Below, one piece after another: positions 1-18,000 of a DNA stretch of 64,000 nucleotides; position 1 is the stretch's first letter, and every line of letters starts with the position of its first letter. A model generated the notes under the pieces. The model worked only from the letters and a program-made list of their open reading frames with translations, ran no database searches and had not been told where the DNA came from. The position numbers were made by a program, and so were the translations under genes. The stretch comes from Tubiluchus corallicola (lineage: Eukaryota > Animalia > Priapulida), in assembly GCA_030141605.1 (NCBI GenBank), contig JAQGDQ010000359.1, positions 124,001 through 188,000 of the forward strand, written 5' to 3'.

Positions 1-453
1 AGAAACCGAACAAAATAGCGAAATTTTTTCGGAGCTCAAAAAAGTTGAACGTGTCACTTCGCGATCCCAGCATTCTGTCACAGAACGTACGACATATACT
101 CTGTTTAATGGTCAGATATTTTTCTATATACGGCTACATATAATTTTGTGTCATCTTGACCAGCTGTAAGCAGTACAGTATTTTAGGCCAAGCTAAATTT
201 TCATTAGCTATCATTTCCTGTGGAATTCCAGACGGTTCTACACATAAATGCCTTACTGAATATTACAAGCTTTTTAATTTGAAATTATTTATTAAACTTA
301 GATTGCCTATCAATCTATCAATACTTGTCAGGACTTGCAAATTGTTAAGACCTTCAACAAGCAAATAATCTAAGACAATGATAGTAACTGGTGAATATCA
401 GAGTTTATTTTAAGCATTAGATTGAATCTAATCTGTTCAATTTTCATTTGCAG

Positions 454-5217
<4,764 letters not shown>

Positions 5218-6439
5218 CACCAATATTCTCGCTGACTTTTTTAACTGTTTGTTATATCATGGTCATATGTAAGATACTTCGAAGTAGGTACCAAAGCGTT
5301 TTGATCTGCATTGTTTGTTGCAGATAGAGCATGCGACGTTGTGAAGAGAGGGAAATTTCAAGCAAAGGCCGCTCTCATTAATCTAGCATGGGTTACTCAT
5401 TCCAGGTTGACTGGATTTTTCTGCCTAGATGTAGTAAAATTACAAGTCGATAATTTTATAATGCCATCTAAGGCTAAAATGTGTTGTCATGTCACTTTGC
5501 TGTTACTGTCACTTCGCTATCCTATAACAGTGCATATTGGTATCATATTTACAGACTTTGCAGAATCTTTAGACATGGAAATTTTCTCTCCCCTGTTAAT
5601 TCAGATGTGCTGCAATGCTCTGCAATTCTTGTAATTGAGTGATGCTTTTTTCCATAGTAAGCAATGTTGCAGTTACTATACCAATATCTATAAACTGCGC
5701 AGGACTTGAAAAGCAAAGAGACTCAGTCCTTAAAAAGAAAGAAACATGGAGATGAACAGAAACTTTGAAAATGACTCTACATTTAACTTGGGAAAATGAA
5801 TTATTAAACAAACGTAAGATTCTACGTCTGACCTATAAAGACTATAGACGCACTACCAAAATATGGTAAACATATAAAACCATTTTGTGTCAAACTAAGC
5901 ATTTAAGAACATTCGCTATAGCATAACAAAGCATATTCAGACTCCGCATGTGGTAATTGTCATCATGTGACTTACATGTATCCATATTAAAAATTTTAAA
6001 ATTCTGCAACATCTGAGCGGAAGTGAAGTTCCATGTTTTGTTATGCAATAGCAAGACAGTGTTTCCTATTTTGATTAATATACACCAGTTCTTAGAATTG
6101 ATTTATTCTTGTAGCCTTATAGCTTACAGTTTTATACGCTATTGGCTATATTTACTTAATATTTCTTTACATCAGTGTCATACAAGTCCATGGCTTCTTT
6201 TTTATTTTATTCTTTGTAGTATCACTAGGGATATTTATCATACATGCTTTTTAGAAATACATTATAACATAATGTTCAGGGGTAAACAATTTCAAATCTT
6301 ATCAAGAATTTTATCTTGCACTTGGATATACTGATAAACAAAAATGAAGTTTGTCAAATCATTACTCTTCAGAGTAGGGAAACTTGCTTACATGACTTAA
6401 TTTCTTGTGATGTGTAAGCTGTTCACCGTCCCATTTTCA

Positions 6440-6720
6440 ATGCTCATTTTTCAGCCAACGATATCATTCATCCTGGAAGAAAAGTAGCGCCATCTCAGTC
6501 TTCGTCAAAAGTATAAGTTTTTACAAAAAAAATTAGATAGCAAATTTTTACAAGAGCATTAGGTAAGGTGCAAAAATGTGAACTAGTTTAAGCAGCACAC
6601 TCTTACGGAAAGCCACGATGTGCTTACATAAAGTCACAAAGTATCCCAGTCACGTCATAATTTTCAAGTGCATGGCAGCAACGACCACACCTGAAAATTT
6701 CTATTCAGCAGTAGTATATT
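6440..6720. repeat. Dispersed repeat, copy 1 (second copy in opposite orientation at ~16788-17075)
   Basis: Reverse complement aligns by eye with 16788-17075 (shared cacttgaaaattatgacgt.actgg, ttacctaatg.tc.tgtaaaaat, ttttttgtaaaaactt); degenerate, probably an old non-autonomous element. Confidence 0.65.
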
Positions 6721-7269
6721 TTATGTTTATACTTTAGAGATGGTGTTGTACAAATTTCTTTGTTATATTTTTCTAAATATAAGTGATAACAGTAACCTGA
6801 ATCCAACATACCGAGTGACTTGTTCTTTCCTTTAAGAAAAATCATGAATATTAAATTAATATAATAACATCTTATCACTGTTGTGATGTTGAATAATTAA
6901 CAATCAGAATTAGAGATGAATTAAAGAGCTGAGTGATCTCGCATTGTGTGCCTTTGCCAGTTATCTACATGTGCATGTGGCTAAGATTTCTCTGCTAGAT
7001 GAGTGGCATATCTTAGAGGATTAGCTTTGATAAGGAACCAGCTAGGCTCTGGTCATGTTGTAAAAAACATCCTGCCATTGAATGCTGGATTCTGGCTTGC
7101 AGTGTGCCAAAAGTATATTGAAAATATATAGCACATGATTAAGAACTAATAATTGTGTTATTGTAGTTGCTTTTTGCAGGGAGGTGTTATCGAGTAATCG
7201 ATCCAATCGTGTACCTTTCTGCGTGAACAGTAGCCAGCTCTAGAAGCCTGCAAGACTAAAACTTTACAG

Positions 7270-8350
7270 GTAGGATTGGAAATTAGAAATAACGTCAGTG
7301 GCACCGTCTTGAATTGAAGATGGCAAATTGAAAATCCGACTCTGTCAATCGATGCAGGAGTCATTCTAGTAAGTTCCTGTCAGGTTTCATGACGATCGTT
7401 TGCAAATTGATGGAGCCTTATGCTTTTCTCTAGAATAATCTTATTGCTGCCATCTAGAATTCAAGACGGCAAACCAAAGATCCGATTCCATCAATCGATG
7501 CAGAATTTGTTCTAGTATATTTCTATCATGTTGATCCATCGCATATTGCCAGAACCTTGGGCTTTTTTTGAAAATAATGTCAGCTGCCCTGCCACTGTCA
7601 GTCAAGTATGTAAGGTTCATTCTAGTATGTTCCTATAAAGTTTCATGACTTTCCATTGCGAGTTGGCTGAGCCTTAGGCTTTTTTCAAAAATGATGTTAT
7701 CGATTCCGTCTTTAATTCATAATAGCAAATCGAAAATCTGATCTTTCATTCTAGAGTTCATTCTAGTATATCTTAGCAATGTTACATGACGATCCGTTAC
7801 GAACTGGTGGAGCTTTAGGCTTTTTTTAAAGTACTGTTTTTGTCATCATCTTTAATGTCGAATCAAACATCCAATTACATCAATTGATGCGGAATTCGTT
7901 GTAGTATATTCCTACAAATTTCACAATGATCGATTGTGAATTGGTGGAGCCTTGGGCTTTTTTGGAAAATTATGGTTTCGTCGCGGTAATGAACTCAAAA
8001 TGGCATATTGGAAATCCAGTTACGTCAGTTGATGCAGAATTCGTGTTAGTGTATCCCTAAAAATTTCATGATGATTCATTTTGAACTGGCTGAGCCTTAG
8101 GCTTGTTTTGGAAATAATGTTATAGCCGTCATCTCGAATTCAAAATGGGAGATGCAAAATCAGTGGATGCGGAGCTCGTTTTGATATATTTCTGTAAGTT
8201 TCATGACGATTCGCTAGGAATTAGCAGAGCCTTGGCTTTTTTCAAAAAAGTTTTACCAAACAGTAACAGCAACAACAGTATCCAGAAGTGTGGTGATTTG
8301 GTCAGATCCCTCATTCAAAATCCATATTTTTAATAATATATGGATTTTTT
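7270..8350. repeat. Degenerate tandem array (~7 units of ~120-145 bp) followed by AAC-rich microsatellite and terminal hairpin; Helentron/HINE-like
   Basis: Anchor gagcctt.ggctttttt recurs near 7413, 7551, 7669, 7809, 7947, 8091, 8227 with catcaatcgatgcagaattc.ttctagta and tttcatgacgatc blocks; aacagtaacagcaacaacag at ~8259-8278; stem AAAATCCATAT...ATATGGATTTT at ~8317-8348 running into a T-tract. Confidence 0.7.
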
Positions 8351-9470
8351 TTTTAATAATCATATCATATTAGACTTTGTTAGCATTTCAAGACGAAATT
8401 TAAAGTCTAGATTTTTAGGCGAGTTTCTGCTTGAAATCTGTTTAGGTGAGTGTAAAAATTGGTTTATTGCAGTTGTCTGTGTGAGACCTTTCTAATTTTT
8501 TTAAAGATGGTATCTTAATTATGTGTACTTATCAAACAACCAAAGTGAGCAAGTACAGCAGTATGACTGCTCTAATAAGTGAGGAGTTTATCTTAGTAAA
8601 ATTCTCTAAAAAACACGATTTATTGTTGTGTGTCACATGCAGTTTTAAAAAAAGTGTGAATTTGGAAAATTTGATTAATATGCATTATCATATTACACAT
8701 GATTACTATATAGTACAGTAAAACTATTAACATTTAATCTTGGACTACTTTACAATTAAATTTTTGATGTATTTGCACATATAATATACCATACTGTGAT
8801 AAATAGTTATTGTCTTTATAAATATTGTTGCTTTTTATATAAGACTGTTCATTTTGACAAGAATTTGAGCTATTTGCATTTTGTTTAAATTAACTTTTGG
8901 TAGTTGAAAGGTTGTCTTTTATTTGCACATATAAAGTGTAATATAATGATGTATATATACCAAATAAAGAAGTTAGATAGAAAGTAAACCTTATTGTGTA
9001 CAGTTTGTCCCAAATCAACTACAAATAAGAGACTCAAAGGAAAAACGGGATCACATCTGGAAATATCCCGAGTAAAATTATGAGAAGCAGCAGCCAAATG
9101 AGTATTTCGAGCAAGAGTTTGGGATCTAATGAACAAAAATCCGTAAAACACTGTGTATAGAATATTGCTTAAGAAGAAATTTAGTATGACAAGGAATCAT
9201 TGATGAGCGAGAGATTGCAGAATTCACCCCAAGTCAGACTGGACTAGATTGACAATACGATTTTGTATCTGTCAATTTGTAATAACAGGCTCAGCACTCC
9301 ATGCAAGACCAATAGTCACTTTGTGAAAAGAGTGTGTACAGCAGTTAGATATTTTCAATCACGACACAAGTGTCCGACTAGTTTTAATCCTGTATGACGT
9401 TTCTCCCATCAAGATAAGAATACATCTCAAAGCCAAGCACAAAAAAGTAGTACTAATCTGAAATATCAAT

Positions 9471-12400
9471 ATGCACGCTGTTGTACAGTTGACAGCCTAG
9501 TACTGCGATGGTGAGTAAAGGATAAAAATTTTACCTTCTTTGTTTTATATGGGGAACATAATAGAATAAATAAGATATTTTGTTTCCGTGTTCTTTATTT
9601 AGCTGTCTGTCTTCCTGTTATGCTTAACATTGCAGGAAACTAAAAGGGATATAGTATAGCTGTCCTACAATTTAGAATGAATGGCACAGTAAATAGGCAA
9701 CCCATTGGTCATCACAAGTGTTGACAGTGCACCTATGTAAAGACTGAAGTGATGAAAGTGTGATGATGAGTTTTCTGAAAACAAGTTTTTTTTGTATGTC
9801 ATTTTTTGGTAAGTATATTTATTGCCTTACATGTAGTTTTTTGTTTAAGTAGTTTTCTGCACAGATAAATTTGCTTATTTACTTGTGTTTACACAAACAA
9901 ATCTTTTGAAAATTATTTGTTATTTTGTGCACTAAAATCTTTAATGTCTACTCTTTGCTAATGATTGGGGAAAAACTATTATTAACTTTTTCGTGCTCTT
10001 ATATAATGTTTTTATTTTTTACTTGTTTTCATGTTTTTGTAGTGGTGCTGACAAAACGCTTATTTGCGAGTGACGAGATAGAGCAAAAGAAATTTTGTTG
10101 TTATCAAGAAAATGGTTTTTACACCATTTGTGGACCTGACAAAGTTATTGAAATACGAGAAGTAAATCAGTCAAGACAATGTTCGAATATGCAATGCGAC
10201 AGCCAGGAAAGGCTCACAACGGAGCAATATTACCCATTAATGAAACATTGTGATGGAAAGAAAGAGTGTTACATTTCATCATGTACTAATATTACTAATA
10301 TTTCAAAAGAAAACTGTACAACAAATTCAGTGTGCTACATATTTAGTTATAATTGCATGGGTAAGGAATACGAAACAAATTTTGCAAACTAGACATAATA
10401 AATTATGACAGCAGTTTACTTTTCATGATTTTTATGTCTGTAAAATTTATTTAATTAGCAAAAGTGATTTATGTTATTTTCAGCATGATTCCCTGATATT
10501 TGTCTTATATTAGGTAAAATTTCCCCAAGTTTTTTTAAAGCCCATAATTTCACTTTTATTATTTTTTTTAATCTGGTGTAACATTCACTATATTGCAACA
10601 TTCGTGTTTGTAAGTATGTCTGCCTGTCTGTGCTGCTATGTATAGGTTTGTAACTGTCTAGGCATTGTTCAAATTCAAATTCTTTTATGTCACTATAATA
10701 ATACAAATATACATGTATAACTATTTTTGTATAACTGAAAATAACGAAAAAAACAATTTCTGACTCCCTAGAAATACTATATTAAGGTGTTGAAGTTTGC
10801 CTTAACGTAGCTAAAAAGGGGACCTTACCTTATTAAGCCACCGCGAAATGTGAAATCAAGAATGAAGAAGGAAGGTGATGAGAAAAGAAGAGAATAAAGA
10901 AGAGCTATGTTGCACTTAGTAGAAAAAAAAACAGAAAGAAAGAAGAAGTCAAAAGGAAACATAAAATAAGTAACAACGAACATGTTCAGATTAGCTGCAA
11001 CTTAAGACAGAAACATATGACATTTCAAAAAAAATTTAAAATTATTTATAGATTTGCTGCTTATGTTTTTAGGAATATTGTTCCATTGTAATTGGACTGT
11101 GAATTTAAGAAAGTGTCTACCAAAATCTGTTCTACAATAGGGTATAAAATATTCATTAAAACGTGCACTATATTGTGTTTAATTATGTAATACTTGATTA
11201 ATGACTGTAATTGATTGTTTTAATAACCATTTGGTTTTCTGCAGAGGAAAAATCAGCGACAATTTCCAGAATGGCAATTACATCATTAGCCACAAGTAAC
11301 ATCCCGGAGGAAGGTCTTTCAACTAATACAAATGAAGGTGATGATTCATTCACAAGTACAGGTACTAATGACTTATGGTTTGGGTTGAATGGCTGATTTT
11401 TATTTATCTGCTGCAGTAATAAAGTTGTGTTAAAGTTGATCAGAAATAGCCATCCAAAATACCCTTGAGAACTGCTTGACCAAAATCAGTTACCCACACT
11501 TTTTTGAAGAAGTACTAACATCGTTTTCTTACATTTCCAATACTAAAACAATTTTGAAAGTAGCTTAATTCATTTTGTTTACTGTCACATTTTTGTTGAT
11601 TTTCTCCAAGATTGTCACATGTACCGTGATCATATGAATAAGAGTTTTACTATCCAGTGAAAGTCTACCCATGCTTAACTTTCCAACTCCTTAAAGTATA
11701 AAGTGTTTGGTGGATAAATCTGAATGAAAATGTCTCATTGACCTCTTCCTGCCAATTTATTTAAATAAATAAGGAAGATCAATTAATTCATTCTCTGCTA
11801 ATAAAACTTTGTAAATTCATTCTCCAAAGTTGCAACCCACCTGTTAAAATTTTTGCATAATACATTTTGATTATCTAAAGAAAACGTCTTAAACAACTTA
11901 CAGAAAATTTCTCAAATACAGTCAAATAGGATTGACTGATGGATTTGAGTATGGTAATAACTAACCATTTTAGAACTACCACGTTTTTTATCTTTCAGGC
12001 ATCTTTGTAGCACTTGTAGCAGGAGGCATTTTAGCAATAACTATTTTGCTAGGTACAGTAATGTGTTGCTGCATTCGAGGGTACGAAACTGTTACTATCA
12101 TTTACATAATTTTCATTTTGTTGAATCAAATCACCTTGTTAAATTTATGTTTTTTGAGACTAGCAGTGCAAACACCACTTTACCAACTTAAAATACAAAG
12201 AATAGGGTAACTAAGAAAAAATCTCTTCTTGACTAATTTTGACATTAGCATTAACCATTGTTAGGCAAGCCATTCAATTCCAAACAATGCATTCAATGAT
12301 TCAAGTCTAATGCAATTGGAAGATGATTTCAAAGCATATACTGCCCATAATTTAACGTGATTTTTATAGTTTATACGTCAAGTTTTCTTTAGGATTTTCT

Positions 12401-13716
12401 TTCACACACAGATTACGGTGGTCTTGTTCTTTTGGCCATGACTGTAACTTCTATTGCAACAAAATGAAAACTGCATTTTGGTATATAATTTTTCATGTAC
12501 GTTATAGTCGAAATGTACGTTCTTGTAATGGATGTATGTAAATGAACATTTTAGAACTCACCATTTTTGCGAAGTATAATGCTTTATGTTCATGTACCGA
12601 AGTGCTGTACAAGATGTGATAATCTTTCTCATTCTAGACTTAATGAAATTCCACTAAAATTAAGCAAGCCAGTTTAAATGCTCATACACATCTCCATTCA
12701 AAGATGTGTTGATGAAAAAGAACACTCCTAATGAAACAAATTCCAAAGACTCGCTTCACAATTAAGGACAAAACTTTTTTGTGTGAGGATATTTGTGTAT
12801 AGATGTTTGTGCATGAAGGTTACTTACATATTATCTACACTGCTAGGTTAATTTGTCTGCTGCCCTTGGTCTTCTGTCTGTCTTAGGAGAACTGAGCTAA
12901 TTCTATCCTGTTGGGATTTTGGGTAGGATACTAGTAGCCAAAACCTGAAATTGCTCAACTAGATCTTCTCTTGTTTATATGTTGTTTTTACAGTTATTGT
13001 TATTTCCTCTTGGCTTGTGTAATTATTTTTTATTCGAATTTGGCACCTTCTTTTTGTGCCGCTGCATACTGCAAGCCATTATGCAGCACTCTATGGCAGG
13101 CCCTGTTTAATACGCTTTCTTTTTTTTAATGATCATTCTCTAAGAGGAAATGCTAAACCAGCAGAGGTGTCTTTAGCAATGGTTGAATATGCATACATGT
13201 GCACCCTTCCTGAAAAAGGTTAATAGCCTGAGACTACCCAAAAGCCATTTTCCTGGCAGCCATCCATCCATTTCTTAAACAAATTCAACACGTGCTGTAA
13301 CTGCTCAGTATTTATTCTTGCATCTGGACTAGTTCTTTCTTGTTTTTTTTATGTTTTTCAGACAGGCAATGTCGAAACCAGATGACGACGTGTCTTTGCC
13401 AGATAGAGACGTATCGGCTGAGATGAATTTTCATGCATATGAACAAGTAGATGTTCGTGACCATCATACAGACAGTTTGATTGTGGAGAAAAACAGCAAC
13501 AACTTACTTGCATGCAACAGTAATTGCCAACGTACTTTCCCTAAAGACGAGTTGATTAATAATGAAATATATGGAAAAGTGTCAACTGAAGATGAAGTTT
13601 GTGCTGAACATGCAGTTGAACTTGTTACTAATGAAGTGTATGAAGCAACAATGTTTTCGCCTGGCATACTTGACAACAGCTACGAATCTGTAGATCTTCA
13701 GTTGATGAGCACTTGA
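9471..13716 (+). CDS. Receptor A: type-I membrane protein, one divergent SUEL/Gal-lectin-like domain, S/T stalk, TM, Tyr-motif tail (first exon uncertain, contains an in-frame TAG)
   Basis: Exons 10043-10360 (CCYQENGFYTICGPDKVIEI..C..C..KHCDGKKECYI..C..C..YIFSYNC), 11245-11361 (stalk), 11999-12080 (GIFVALVAGGILAITILLGTVMCCCIR), 13362-13716 (tail HAYEQV, INNEIYGKV, VTNEVYEA, DNSYESV). Candidate first exon 9471-9510 is in phase but has TAG at 9498-9500. Confidence 0.8.
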
Positions 13717-15094
13717 TTTTTTATTACACTTTTAGCAACTATGACAAGCCAGTTCAATTATTGTTTTATTAGTTTACAATAAAAATAGCAGCTAGCTTAA
13801 GCAAAGATATGGCTTATATTCAGACGCAACATCTGCAATGTTTCGACATTGTTAAGGTCGTGTTCATGCAACAATTCACCTTGTCGCAAATTGATTTAAG
13901 ATTTTTTACATTATTTTTATTTAGTCTTTTGCGTGAGCATGACCTTAACTGTGTTGAAACGTTACAGGTGTTGCATTTGGCTAAAAGCCATGTCCTTGCT
14001 TAAGTAGGTGCTGAAAAGAATTTTTCCCCATCACCATTTAGTTTGAAATATGTTCACTTTTGAATCAACAGAGCCTTGATTTATGTAATATTTTTGCTTG
14101 ACGTCACATTTCAAAAGATTACTGCATTAAAAAACTGCTGTGTTTTTTAATAACTGTTATAGCTTTATAGTTGCTATATTCAGCAATCTAATTGTGTGCA
14201 GCTCATAGTTATTGAGAACTAGATGGATTCACAGTAACTAAGCTGCATAAATTATTTGAATAAGCAAAAAATGGACTTAGAAAATTTAGAAAGCTGACAT
14301 TTTCATGAGTACTCATAAATATGCAACAAATCTTGTATATCTGCTTAGCACATCTTGTTAATTCGCAAAGTAAACATCTAACTTAAGTACAGACCAGACA
14401 GCCTATCATAACAGTTGTTCATAGTTTATAAAACTACTTTTCCCTTTTATGAAACTACCTAAATATGATAATGAGTGCTTGAGCTGTTCTATGCGTCATC
14501 CTATTAACAGGATATGAAACAGGAAGTGTAACTAGATTAACTTTCCTTTATGTCTTCAAGTCTTGTCCACTTGTGTTGTGAGGGGTGAAGCATGTTCAGG
14601 ACATTCTACTGGATTAATTTTGTTTGTTGTTAATTTCTCTTGTTCGTGTTCATTTTAGCAATTTCAAAGACTTTGTTTTGCTTATATTAAGGGATGTTGA
14701 CATTTACCAATGAACTTGTCCATCTTATAAGTTATGGGTGACAATAAACGTTACATGATTTAATGATTATGTATTCATAATGTATTTTAATAAAATCAGT
14801 TAAAGAGTATGTTTTTCTTATTTTATTCAAGGACATGCAGTCCTCAGTATGGTAACCTAAATTCTATTTTTTATGGGTTGGAGAAGACTGTCTATTATGA
14901 CCTATTCGGCCATCCTCCCCACACAGTATTGCATCAGGAATGACATTTTGCAGTCGTATAAACTGTGACGCAAATGTGCCACCAAATTTTCTGGGGTTTC
15001 CTAAATAAGAAGTTGCTGCACAATTGCGCTGACTGCTACCAAGCGAAAAAGTTCTCCATGCGTTAATGTGTATTCGTAACAGTGTTTTCTTAAA

Positions 15095-18000
15095 ATGAAG
15101 TGTTTTGGTAATCTACACATCTTTTTATGTTTTATGTCAGGTATGTTTCAGCAGTGATATTTACTACTTTGAAACTTGACCAGTATTCGTTTCACTGCGT
15201 TCGATACCTATTTTGGATACATTGTTAGTGTGATTACAGCACCTGCATCAGAATACTAATGCAATGGAAAACTGAAAGTAGTATAATCAATTTTCTCAAT
15301 TCCTTTAAGAATAACCTGCAAGTAAGATGTAACATTGTATCAGAATTTTAGTTAGTGTATGACAAATGTTGTCTCTCTTTTCTGTCTCCATGTCCTGCTT
15401 ATTTATTAACCTTTATTAACTTACTGTCAGTCTGTATTTGCAGTTAGTTCTGGGTATGCTCAAAATGAAGATATCTGTGATTCTGGTACTATAACATGTG
15501 AACAAGGCAATATTTCATGCAAAAAGGATCAACATGGCATCTCCAAATTTAAATGTAACTGTCATCTGGGTTGGAAAGGAAAGGGGTGCACAGAAAGTGA
15601 GTTAATCCATGACTTGTTGTACGCATTTTCGTTTTCTTACATAAAATTATTCAACAGATTGAAGACAGACAGACATCTTTCCCTTATTATGTACATGAAT
15701 TAAAATATGTAGTATACAGTGTGAATAATTTAATATACGTATTTTGCTTAGATATAATTTCTCTCAATTTCTGCAGCTTAAGATCAAGGCATGAGATCAT
15801 ATGTAGGTTAGCATGTGCATGGGTTTATTCGATAATTAATGAAATTTGTCTCAACGTAGAATTAATCAAGCTGGATTCTTTATAGCGTGAAATTAAGAGA
15901 AGGCCTAAGCACTAAACGCTGCTTGAAAATCACCACGTAATTGTAGTACATATAAAATTATCATAATAAAATATAGATAAATCATTGGGCAAAATTTCAT
16001 ACACTATGGTACACCGCATGACAGAAAGCACTCAGAGACAGGGCCACTTACAAAGAGAACTTTGTAACATGACTGGAGCCTGCCTCCTTATTAAGGATGT
16101 ACCTCTAAAATGAGAGCCTGAACTGGCAGAGGTATCTCAGCCACAATTTGGTTACAGAGTCTTCCTCTGTGAGTGAAACAGCTTACGTTCGTGCACGATA
16201 TCTCCCAGAGCGAGTATCGAAGCCATTCGAACAAAGCACGGGAATCTTACCACTAGACCACAGATTTTGCCATCGATGAGAAAGTGCTGAATGTGCTCCA
16301 TTTACACTCATATTGCAGTTTGTTAAATTACTCTAGTGTTTGACCTTGACATGACCTTAACCTAACCCTGATGTTATAGTAGGTAACATAATTATAATAT
16401 GCAGAATATTTTACGAGTTTTCATTTATTTATAGAAGATTTTTGCATTGACAAACCTTGTGTACATGGTCAGTGTAATACGTATCAATCTGGATATTTCT
16501 GCGAATGCAATGAAGGCTGGACTGGACAAAACTGCAGTGAACGTAATGTTATTTTAATGTGAATCATATCATGTGTTTTACTATTTTCACTTGAAATTAA
16601 TTATCACATTTTTATTTGTGTAAAATACTGGCAGTACTGTTTTATATGGTAATTCAGTGAATATTTCCAGGTTTTATTTTTATTTAAAGGAAAGGAAAAG
16701 TCATTTATTGTACTGTTATCATTTAAACTTGGAAAAATATAGCGAAAAAATTTAAAAGAAAATTTTTTACGGAAAGTAAAGTTAATTTATACCACTGCTG
16801 TACAGAGAATTTCAGGCGCAGTGGTTACCGCCATTCACTTGAAAATTATGACGTAACTGGTGTCTTCGGGACTTTTCGTGGGCACATTGTGACTTTTCGT
16901 AAGCACGCACATTTAAACTATTTTAAACTTCTGTAGGTTACCTAATGTTCATGTAAAAATGTCACAAAACTAGCTGGTGATTTTTTGTAAAAACTTCTTA
17001 TACACCCAAAGTGACAGACTGACAGTGCTCTTTTTTGAGCCAACAAACAACGTCATTGGTAGAAAAGTGCGAGCACCCAAGTCACATTTGAAAGTGCAAT
17101 ATTTCTATTCATAATTTGTTTATGGCTGACTGACTGCCATCTGCATTGTGCCAAAGTTTAGTTATCTTTTAAAAAACATAATAGCACATTATTATTTAAC
17201 ACAAGAGGAACAATCAAAACTTTGCTCACATCGAGCACTTTCATGTTCAAAAGTGTAAATGTAACAAGCGGCTCACTCGGAAGTGGGAATTTCCTGTACA
17301 AAAGTTAATAATTCTTACAATAAATAATTCTTTATTTTTTACACAAAATAAAATTCAATTTCCAAATTTTAAAGTGCAAATTTCTGTTCATTATCAAAAG
17401 TTCCATTGACATTAACTGAATTTTTTACGCTTTTATATGTAGATGATTGGAGAAAATAAACATCTGTGTCTAAGTTCTATTGACATTAACTAAGTTTTTT
17501 ACATTTTTATCTGTAGATTATTGGAAAAAATAAACATCTTTGTCTATATGGACAAGCGTAAAGGATTCAGTTAATGTCAATGGAACTTTTGATATTGAAT
17601 AGAAATTTGCACACTTTAGAATTAAAATTTTTATATTTCTGAGCGTAAATTTTCGTAACAAATTTTGTGCTATATTTTGTTTTGTGTCGTTTTTGCACCT
17701 TGCTCTTCATTTTTTCTTTCTTATTAGGAATGAACCACTGCATTGGAAATCCTTGTGGACAACACGGAATCTGTTACAATAATTTAACAAATTTTCACTG
17801 CTCGTGTGACTTAGGTCGGCAGGGAAAGTACTGCAACAGGAAGTCTAGTGAGTGTTTCTATTGAGTTTTCTAAAGCCTGACGCATGCGTACTATTAGTGG
17901 TGTTTTGTAAGGCGCAAATATTGTATGCATGACTATAGAGCTAAACGATTTACGATGCATGTATTGGTGATGGTATTGTTGTTGTCATTTGTGGTAATTA

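Noticed and set aside
7270-8250. Repeat-spacer array
   Set aside because: The whole unit is homologous between copies; it is a diverged tandem repeat, not repeat plus unique spacer.
9498-9500. Programmed recoding of the TAG in receptor A
   Set aside because: Selenocysteine uses TGA, and no read-through context or structure is evident.
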